A stretch of DNA of 64,000 nt from Candidatus Woesearchaeota archaeon (GTDB lineage: Archaea > Nanobdellota > Nanobdellia > Pacearchaeales > UBA284): positions 84,879-148,878 of the forward strand of contig CAYGZP010000001.1 in assembly GCA_964354405.1 (NCBI GenBank), written 5' to 3'. The notes below the pieces were generated by a model. It was not told the origin of the DNA, made no database searches, and saw only the letters and a program-made list of their open reading frames with translations. This document shows, piece after piece, positions 57,271-64,000 of the stretch. Every line of letters starts with the position of its first letter. Position 1 is the first letter of the stretch. Position numbers and translations under genes: made by a program.

Positions 57271-57878
57271 AAAAAATATTACTAATTGCATTATTTGTAT
57301 TGGTTTTATTGATGGTAGTAACCATTATAATAGTCGGATGTAAAACTCCTGAAGAAAAAACAAACGAAACTATAGAAGAACCACCACCTGAAATTATAGA
57401 AATAAATGAAAGCAAATTAGAATGGCTAATTTATCAAAAAATTAATGAAGAAAGAATAAAAGAAGGCATTGACATAGTAAATTACAGTAATAATTTCTCA
57501 ATTTTAGCTAAGGAACATAGTCAAGATATGTTAAAAAATGATTATGTTTCTGTAATAAATTTAGAAAACAAAAGTGCTATAGAAAGAGCTTTAGATAAGG
57601 GTTGGAATACTTATATTTTATGTTATGGCTGGAGAATATATATTTCTGAATTTGTAGATAATATTTCTATTAGATACGATGAAATATGTGGGTCTACAGA
57701 AGATGAAGAAGAAATTTCAGATTGTGCCATTAAAAAATGGATATATAACCCTGATATAAATGAAATAATTCTTGGAAAAGCCCATTTCGAAGGTCAAAAG
57801 TGCATACATCCCCGTGAATTAGGGGTAGGGGTATCTTGTGATAATTATAGTTGTCTTATTGCTGTAAATGGTCTTTAA
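57246..57878 (+). CDS. secreted CAP/SCP (PR-1-like) domain lipoprotein
   Basis: Signal peptide with IVGC lipobox-like Cys; CAP blocks (INEERIKEGI...ILAKEHSQDM). Confidence 0.45.
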   Translation: MMSYKMKKEKILLIALFVLVLLMVVTIIIVGCKTPEEKTNETIEEPPPEIIEINESKLEWLIYQKINEERIKEGIDIVNYSNNFSILAKEHSQDMLKNDYVSVINLENKSAIERALDKGWNTYILCYGWRIYISEFVDNISIRYDEICGSTEDEEEISDCAIKKWIYNPDINEIILGKAHFEGQKCIHPRELGVGVSCDNYSCLIAVNGL

Positions 57879-57909
57879 AAGTGAAAATCCCTAGAAATCC
57901 GTTTGGATT

Positions 57910-58365
57910 CTAATTGACAAACGTGTTTTTTACTCGTTTAGATTTAACAAAATAAATAGTCCAAACGATTGCGGCACCTAGATAAATTAATAAGGGGCTA
58001 TAATCCTCCAAAAGAGAGCTAACAATTAAGTTGTTAACAAAAATAGCCCATAAATAAATAATAGCAAAAACAGGAGCTTTTTTTGATTTTGTAAATATAA
58101 AATAAAGTGTAAATCCAATTAAAACTAGAAGCCCGAGATCTAAAAATAATGCCCACTCAATAGAATACTCTCCAATTAGAGAGAGAGCATCAAGAATATC
58201 TATAATTATAACAATGATACTATAAAACATCCCTATAATTGGAATAATTAACCACCCCCCTATCCCAGACACTTTCTCTTCTTTCTTTGCAGTTTTCTGT
58301 TGCAATCTCCTCTTTTTCGTTTTTTCTTCACTATAAAACCAATTAGATATTTTTTTCCAACACAT
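57910..58365 (-). CDS. polytopic membrane protein (hypothetical)
   Basis: Basic N-terminus plus four TM helices. Confidence 0.3.
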   Translation of the reverse strand: MCWKKISNWFYSEEKTKKRRLQQKTAKKEEKVSGIGGWLIIPIIGMFYSIIVIIIDILDALSLIGEYSIEWALFLDLGLLVLIGFTLYFIFTKSKKAPVFAIIYLWAIFVNNLIVSSLLEDYSPLLIYLGAAIVWTIYFVKSKRVKNTFVN

Positions 58366-58482
58366 AGATAAATCAAGTTTTTTTAATATATAAAATTAAC
58401 GAAAACAAAAGAAGAAAGAGTTATAAAAGCAAAGATTTTTAATTCCAAGAAAAGTAGAATTTATATTAAAAAGAGGTAAGAA

Positions 58483-58599
58483 ATGGCTAAAAAGAGAAAG
58501 TCAGGAAGTGCTATAATTATATATTTAGAAATTCTAAGGTGGCTTTTATTTGCCTTGGGTATTCTCTTTTTTATATGGTTAATCAAAAATCTAATATGA
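58483..58599 (+). CDS. 38-aa single-TM peptide, translationally coupled to the next ORF
   Basis: aagaggtaag SD 4 nt upstream; stop overlaps the downstream ATG as ATGA. Confidence 0.25.
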   Translation: MAKKRKSGSAIIIYLEILRWLLFALGILFFIWLIKNLI

Positions 58600-58847
58600 T
58601 AAGCATTAAATGGATTATAAGTAAAATAATTGAAATTATTTATTTAGTAATAATAGTATATGTTGCTTATCAAGTTTTAAAGGCAATCTTTGGTGGGACA
58701 TGGGCTACTGAAGATATTATTATAGCTGGGATGGGAATAATTTTGGCGGGGATGTTTGCTATAGTTGGATTTCTAATAAACCAAGCCCAGAGTATTGGTA
58801 AAATAAAAGGGACATTAGAAGAGCATGTGAGAAATCATAAAAAATAA
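58596..58847 (+). CDS. small two-TM membrane protein (hypothetical)
   Basis: In frame with track ORF 58539..58847; start moved to the ATG coupled to the upstream peptide. Confidence 0.3.
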   Translation: MISIKWIISKIIEIIYLVIIVYVAYQVLKAIFGGTWATEDIIIAGMGIILAGMFAIVGFLINQAQSIGKIKGTLEEHVRNHKK

Positions 58848-58908
58848 TTATTTCTTTTTCAATAATCTCAATATCCCAGAATTATTTAAGGGTTTCTGCT
58901 CAAAACAA

Positions 58909-59082
58909 CTATTCCTTCCTTTTTGTCTTTAAACCGCAAATTGGACATCTGTTTCTTGACTTAAGCCACCAATGATAAGGTAAGTAAAAAACACCAAAAC
59001 CTATCAAAAACCAAGCCCAACTAAATTTCTTTTTTGTTCCTTCTACATACTTCTTACATTCTGGACAATATCTTTTTCCCAT
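58909..59082 (-). CDS. 57-aa zinc-ribbon membrane protein (not in ORF track)
   Basis: MGKRYCPECKKY...TM helix...CPICGLK: two CPxC pairs flanking one TM helix. Confidence 0.3.
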   Translation of the reverse strand: MGKRYCPECKKYVEGTKKKFSWAWFLIGFGVFYLPYHWWLKSRNRCPICGLKTKRKE

Positions 59083-59233
59083 GTTTTTATAATGTTCAAG
59101 AAATATTTAATCCTTTCTATGACAAACGAGCATTGTCAATCGTTCTTACAAACGATTAAAAGAAATATTTAAGAGCGAGCCCATCAGGGCGAGCGTGGTT
59201 TCTGTAGGGTGAGATTTCTACTTTAATCCAAAA

Positions 59234-59587
59234 TTATTCTTGAAAATATTTTAATATTCTTGCTTTATCTTCATTTTCTTGTTGTGATTTACAATAGATT
59301 TCTATAAATATTATTTTGTCATTTGGTGGGTCATAGGCAAAAATAACCCTTATCCCGCTCATAGAACCCCTATTTAGTGATTTACAACGAAATTTTCTTG
59401 CTTTATATACTGGAATTTTAACTTTTTCTCCTAGTCCCGAAATTCTTACAACACCACTAAGGTTTTCTTTATCTGTTTCTAATGCTTGTTTAAATATTAA
59501 AAAATCTTTGTCAAATCCCCTATGCTTTTTTACTAATTTATCAAGATCTTTAGAGAATTCTTTTACTTTTTCTTCATCGAATATCAT
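59234..59587 (-). CDS. RelE/ParE-superfamily-like toxin
   Basis: About 117 aa; conserved layout G.G..VKIPVYKARKF......GIRVIFAYDP..DKIIFIEIY typical of the RelE/ParE/Gp49 fold; overlaps the upstream Panacea gene by 14 nt. Confidence 0.5.
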   Translation of the reverse strand: MIFDEEKVKEFSKDLDKLVKKHRGFDKDFLIFKQALETDKENLSGVVRISGLGEKVKIPVYKARKFRCKSLNRGSMSGIRVIFAYDPPNDKIIFIEIYCKSQQENEDKARILKYFQE

Positions 59588-60083
59588 TTTCTTCAGTTAC
59601 TGAATGTATAGCATCTCTATAGAACACAAGTTCATAGTCTATTATTTCTTTGTTTTTAGTTGCTTTCCAAGGTATATCAGTATGGGAATATCCAGTTATT
59701 TGGTGTGCAGTCATCCCAGAAAACTTATTTATTGTTTTATCAATAATTTGTATGTCCGCACCGCTGAGCAAAACAATCTCTGGTTCTTGAATAGATAAAA
59801 ATTTATTTTGGGGGTATCCCTTATATTTTGTTTTAATTTCTTTTATTTTACTTTTCTTTTTTAATTTTTTGAGCACTTTATTAATGTGGCATGGCGCCGG
59901 GCCATATAGGAGTTTTCTATAACTCTCGCCAGTTATAGAGATTTCATATTTTTCATAATAATCAAAATCAGAAAAGTATAATAACTTGTATAGTACTGTC
60001 TTTCCAACATTCTCTAAATTAGTACATTTATGGATCACATAATGTACCATTTCTTCAAATTTTTTTCCATTAAATTTAATCAT
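59574..60083 (-). CDS. Panacea-domain (DUF4065, SocA/PanA-like) putative antitoxin
   Basis: KLLYFSDFDYY...TGESY..LLYGPAP matches the DUF4065 core. Confidence 0.55.
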   Translation of the reverse strand: MIKFNGKKFEEMVHYVIHKCTNLENVGKTVLYKLLYFSDFDYYEKYEISITGESYRKLLYGPAPCHINKVLKKLKKKSKIKEIKTKYKGYPQNKFLSIQEPEIVLLSGADIQIIDKTINKFSGMTAHQITGYSHTDIPWKATKNKEIIDYELVFYRDAIHSVTEENDIR

Positions 60084-60155
60084 GTTACTTATAAGACCTC
60101 GGACTTTTTAACCCTTTCCTTTCTCATTAACCTTCAATCAATTTTTTTGACTTCT

Positions 60156-60995
60156 TTACTTTTTCAAGTTTAAAGAATTAAGATAATTTTCAACGAGTTC
60201 TTCAACCATTCTCGCCTTTATTACCATTCCTAAATCTATACTTTCTGACTTTTTTATTACTGGTTGCAGTTTTGCAGGAATCTCTTTAAATTCTATTTTT
60301 CCTTCATCATTTTTAAAAAACCATTTTGAGATCACTCCACAAAAATAAATTCTCTCACCTCCAAGAATAGTATTTCCACTTCTTGTTTTAAATCCAGATT
60401 TGTCATAAATAAAAACTGGACTTCCGCTTGATCCTGGAAATACAGAAGCATCGATTAAAAAGATAGGATTTCCTCCATAATCTATATTTATGGATGTTGC
60501 GGTTATTCCCGTTCTAATTATAGGTAATAAGTTCTTTGAATCATAAAGTCCAATAGGATACCCTATAAATAAAATATTTTCTAAGGCGTCAAATTCTTCT
60601 AGATCTTTTTGATTTGGTATAAAGTTTGCTGGAATAGATCTTACAAATAGCTTTACTCCATTATCTTTAAATGTATTAATTATAGTGGAAAGATTGGTTA
60701 AAGTTAAGTCTACATTTTCGTCAGGATGATTGAACCAATCTGTTTCGTTTAAAGTGCAATAAAGCTTCTTTCCAAGAAAAGGAGAATTTTTTGGAGGAAT
60801 TTCAGAATCAGACTCTGTGAAGAAGAAATTGATTTGTTTAGCACATTTTATAACATGCTTGTTTGTAATTAAAAAAGTCATCATTTTTCCATTATTTAAT
60901 TCTGCCTGTAAAATAAAACCAGTACCAACACCAAGATTTGTTTCTATCCTAGTTGTAGAAAAAAGTAATTGTTCAACAAGGGTTTCAACTTTCAT
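60156..60995 (-). CDS. cytoplasmic trypsin-like (chymotrypsin-fold, S1/Trypsin_2) serine peptidase
   Basis: His block GFILQ..TNKHVI, Asp in NVDLTL, Ser block GSSGSPVF; no signal peptide. Confidence 0.6.
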   Translation of the reverse strand: MKVETLVEQLLFSTTRIETNLGVGTGFILQAELNNGKMMTFLITNKHVIKCAKQINFFFTESDSEIPPKNSPFLGKKLYCTLNETDWFNHPDENVDLTLTNLSTIINTFKDNGVKLFVRSIPANFIPNQKDLEEFDALENILFIGYPIGLYDSKNLLPIIRTGITATSINIDYGGNPIFLIDASVFPGSSGSPVFIYDKSGFKTRSGNTILGGERIYFCGVISKWFFKNDEGKIEFKEIPAKLQPVIKKSESIDLGMVIKARMVEELVENYLNSLNLKK

Positions 60996-61831
60996 TTCAA
61001 ATTCTCCTCAACCTTATCTTGCTTTAGAAATTCACCTTTAATAGCTTTATCTACAACACCTTTAACTTCAGCAGAAAAATCTGTGCTTATCATCCAATTA
61101 AGATAAGAAGGATCGTTTTTAAATACGAATTCAAGTGTTTTTCCTTTATATTTATTTCCAAAGTTTATAATTGCTTTTCCTTCGAGCCATGCCAATTTTC
61201 CATTTTCGTCAATCCATTTAGGGTCTTTTTTTGGATTACAAAATCCATGCAAACCTAAAATATGCTTGGGTAATTCCTCATGCTGTTCCAATTGAGATTT
61301 AAAAACATCCACTATAGCACGAACATCAACCTCTGACCTATGGGCCCCTTTTAATTCTTTATTACAATATTTTTTATAAGCTGAACCCAAATCTCTTGGT
61401 TCTAATTTATGATAAATTGTTAAGACATCCACAATCAATTTTTCTTTATGCGAGTAAGTTATTCCTACTCTTTGAAATTCTGCTTCGAGAAGGGGCAAAT
61501 CAAACCTATTTATCGCAAATCCTCCCAGGTCACAATTTTCTATGAATTCGAGTAATTTTGGGGCAAATTCTTTAAAATAGGGCTTTCCTAAGACAGCTGC
61601 ATCCATTATACCATGAATTTTTATTACCTCAGGAGGAATTGGAATGCCTGGATTAATTAAAGAACTTAAAAATTCTTCATGTCCATCTGGATTAATTTTA
61701 ATAATGCTTATTTCTATTATACGATCTTGTTGTGGGTTTATTCCTGTTGATTCTATATCAATAAATGCAAGAGGTCTTGTTAATTGTAAATTCTTCATCT
61801 TCTCCCCATCCTTATCTCTCCAAGTCCTCAC
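60992..61831 (-). CDS. DnaQ-like DEDDh 3'-5' exonuclease with DUF3820-like C-terminal domain
   Basis: Exo I FIDIESTG, Exo II FDLPLL, Exo III HRSEVD; C-terminal FGNKYKGKTLEFV...DPSYLNWM resembles the KGKTL/DPxYLxW domain often fused to phage exonucleases; overlaps the protease gene by 4 nt. Confidence 0.65.
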   Translation of the reverse strand: MRTWRDKDGEKMKNLQLTRPLAFIDIESTGINPQQDRIIEISIIKINPDGHEEFLSSLINPGIPIPPEVIKIHGIMDAAVLGKPYFKEFAPKLLEFIENCDLGGFAINRFDLPLLEAEFQRVGITYSHKEKLIVDVLTIYHKLEPRDLGSAYKKYCNKELKGAHRSEVDVRAIVDVFKSQLEQHEELPKHILGLHGFCNPKKDPKWIDENGKLAWLEGKAIINFGNKYKGKTLEFVFKNDPSYLNWMISTDFSAEVKGVVDKAIKGEFLKQDKVEENLK

Positions 61832-61852
61832 AACTTTATTAGTTTTTCGGTT

Positions 61853-62173
61853 TTAGTTATCTACAATATGGAGTCCTTTTTTTATAGGCTCAACCCACCA
61901 ATATACCCATGCCCTTTCATGTTTCTTAGATTTGATTTTTCCCAACATCTCTAATTTTTTTAAACTCCGCCCTATTCTACTGTACATTGTTGGTAATCCC
62001 TTTCTCCACGAAGAAAAAGATTTATTTTCAACATCTTCAGGTTTAACTTTAAAAGTTTCTATCATAATCCCTATAATTGTATAAGCATTTTTAGGATCGT
62101 TTTTTAAAGTTTCTTCTACCTTCGTAAAAACATCGTCTTTTTCGAGTTCTTTTATAGGTATTTTTATTTTCAT
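61853..62173 (-). CDS. small winged-helix-like protein, first gene of the minus-strand operon
   Basis: Helix-rich middle (AYTIIGIMIETFKV) and a basic wing (KKHERAWVYWW). Confidence 0.3.
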   Translation of the reverse strand: MKIKIPIKELEKDDVFTKVEETLKNDPKNAYTIIGIMIETFKVKPEDVENKSFSSWRKGLPTMYSRIGRSLKKLEMLGKIKSKKHERAWVYWWVEPIKKGLHIVDN

Positions 62174-62349
62174 TTTAACCTCCTATACTCTATTGTATTT
62201 AATGTTTTATAAGTAATTTATGTATCTTAGGGTATTTAAATCTTTGCTTTTTTATAAGTAATATTTTTAAACTCTTCTATTATGTCTTATATCACCGAAA
62301 GGTTTAAAACTGGAAGTTTACTAGAAAAAGAAAGGCAGGGTGAAAAAAG

Positions 62350-63261
62350 ATGGCGCATCATAAAATCATAATTGGGGATTCTAGAAATATGAAAAAATGG
62401 ATTCCAGATGAATCTGTTCATTTAATTGTTACTTCGCCACCATATGCACACATCAAAGATTATGGAGTCAAAGGACAAATTGGATTTGGCAGTTCTTTTC
62501 AAGAATATATTAATGATTTAACAAAAGTATGGAAAGAATGTTATAGAGTTTTGAAGCCTAATTGTAGACTTATAATTAATATAGGAGATGTTTATAATAC
62601 TACACCAGTTATTGGAAGACATAAGGCCCTCCCTATACACGCACATTTTATTATTGAATGCGAGAAACTTGGTTTTGATTATATGGGGCATATCACTTGG
62701 CAAAAAGTTGGAACCGTTAGGCCGAGTGGGGGGGCAAGTGTTATGGGTTCTTTTCCACATCCTAGAAATGGCATTGTAGAATATGATTATGAGTATATTT
62801 TAATTTTTAAAAAACTTGGAAAAGGAAATGGATTAGAACTTTCAGAGAATATAGATGAATTATCAAAAAAGAGAAAAATTTCTAAATATGAATGGTTAAA
62901 AAAAGTAAAAGAGAAATCTGCGATGGATATTAAAGAATGGCGAGAATTATTTGCTGGCCATTGGAGATTTCCAGGAGTGCGACAAGTTGAACATATCGCC
63001 ATGTTTCCAGAAGAATTGCCCAGAAGACTAATCAAAATGTTTTCTTTTTCAGCAGTTCCAGAGCTCGGTTTCAAAGGAGATGTTGTTTTAGATCCATTTT
63101 TAGGAAGCGGCACTACAACAAAAGTCGCAAAAGAATTAAATAGAAACAGCATAGGTATAGAATTAAATTCTAAATTCTTAAAAACAATTAAAGACAAGGT
63201 TGGGATAACACAGAAAACCTTTGATAAAGCTGAGCATACTTTTGAAATAATTAAAGATTAA
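62350..63261 (+). CDS. beta-class amino-DNA methyltransferase (N4-cytosine or N6-adenine; SPPY type)
   Basis: Motif IV IVTSPPY near the N-terminus and AdoMet motif I LDPFLGSGTT near the C-terminus, i.e. beta permutation. Confidence 0.8.
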   Translation: MAHHKIIIGDSRNMKKWIPDESVHLIVTSPPYAHIKDYGVKGQIGFGSSFQEYINDLTKVWKECYRVLKPNCRLIINIGDVYNTTPVIGRHKALPIHAHFIIECEKLGFDYMGHITWQKVGTVRPSGGASVMGSFPHPRNGIVEYDYEYILIFKKLGKGNGLELSENIDELSKKRKISKYEWLKKVKEKSAMDIKEWRELFAGHWRFPGVRQVEHIAMFPEELPRRLIKMFSFSAVPELGFKGDVVLDPFLGSGTTTKVAKELNRNSIGIELNSKFLKTIKDKVGITQKTFDKAEHTFEIIKD

Positions 63262-63821
63262 ATTTTATCTTTTCTATTTTGCAAATATTTTATAAAATCA
63301 ATTTTTTTAATATCACAATATATCCTTAAAAAATAAGCTACTAAACCTTTATTTCCATATTCTGGAACCAAATAAAATTTACCATTATCATTTTTGATAT
63401 ATAACATAATCGTTTTTTCAAAATCAACATCTTTAAAGGCAATTCTAGCACCAGTAACCAATTTTACTTGAATCCATATTTCTTTTGTGTCCACTTTTCC
63501 AAGAATATCTATCCCCCCAACATCTTCTGCTTCAGTAGACCACCTCCAATTTATTTCAGGAACATTTCTTTCTAAAAATTCCATCGTCTTTTTTTCAGCT
63601 TGCCATCCATCAAAAGTTGACCATAGCATCATATATTCCACCCATTTGATAACTTCTTCATTTTTAATTGCCCTAATTTTTTCAAAATTATCTATAATAT
63701 ATCTATCAACCGCGCGATCTCTCAATCTTTCTTTAGTAACTTCTGTTATGAATGGATAGCCTTCAATTTTCTTTCGTTCTTTTAGAGGAATAAATTTATA
63801 ATTTGATTTTATCTTAGGCAA
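63258..63821 (-). CDS. putative type II restriction endonuclease (PD-(D/E)xK-like), convergent partner of the methyltransferase
   Basis: Candidate catalytic core EDVGGIDILGKVDTKEIWIQVK; 4-nt tail-to-tail overlap with the MTase; otherwise unrecognised. Confidence 0.35.
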   Translation of the reverse strand: MPKIKSNYKFIPLKERKKIEGYPFITEVTKERLRDRAVDRYIIDNFEKIRAIKNEEVIKWVEYMMLWSTFDGWQAEKKTMEFLERNVPEINWRWSTEAEDVGGIDILGKVDTKEIWIQVKLVTGARIAFKDVDFEKTIMLYIKNDNGKFYLVPEYGNKGLVAYFLRIYCDIKKIDFIKYLQNRKDKI

Positions 63822-64000
63822 TTTTATTTTTTTATTATCTTTTTCTTCAAGAGCATCCGCATAAAGCTTAATAACAAAATAATAATCTTTTATAATTTTT
63901 ATATAAAGTTCTTTTTCATTTTCTAATTCGTATATCTTTTTAAGATAATTCTCAATTGCTTCTTTTCTACTCCCTTTTGAACATTCTTTATCATAATCCC

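Noticed and set aside
63822-64000. Partial minus-strand ORF running off the window end
   Set aside because: Truncated by the window boundary; too little sequence to call

Overview
The window is AT-rich (roughly one-third GC by eye), gene-dense, and clearly archaeal. The core markers are FtsZ, SecE-Spt5, aIF5A with an unannotated L40e gene, the r-proteins L1-P0-P1(aL12), and the archaeal-type GlyRS and TyrRS. There is also a PolD DP1/DP2 operon next to orc1/cdc6 and a FlaI/ArlI-type ATPase. The small gene sizes, frequent 4-nt ATGA overlaps and a split Hef suggest a DPANN-like or other reduced archaeal genome; that is inference. Positions 1 to about 50 kb are mostly housekeeping: cell division, a replication module with a candidate oriC, a class II ribonucleotide reductase, tRNAs, and a pentose-phosphate/RuMP sugar-phosphate cluster. 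The ribonucleotide reductase carries a LAGLIDADG intein inserted exactly at its catalytic Cys. The tRNAs are two tRNA-Ala and one intron-containing tRNA-Ser. Positions from about 50.7 to 64 kb look accessory. They hold secreted/Tat-signal proteins, a pair of paralogous coiled-coil plus winged-helix proteins, a serine recombinase with a cassette-like duplicated junction, a CAP-domain lipoprotein, and several small membrane proteins. At the 3' end there is a compact five-gene minus-strand operon: a wHTH protein, a DnaQ-like DEDDh exonuclease, a cytoplasmic trypsin-like protease, a Panacea/DUF4065 protein and a RelE/ParE-like toxin. Directly beside it is a convergent beta-class (SPPY) DNA methyltransferase plus putative restriction endonuclease pair. 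This 3' block is the best candidate for an undescribed defence or abortive-infection system in the window. No rRNA or CRISPR array was found.
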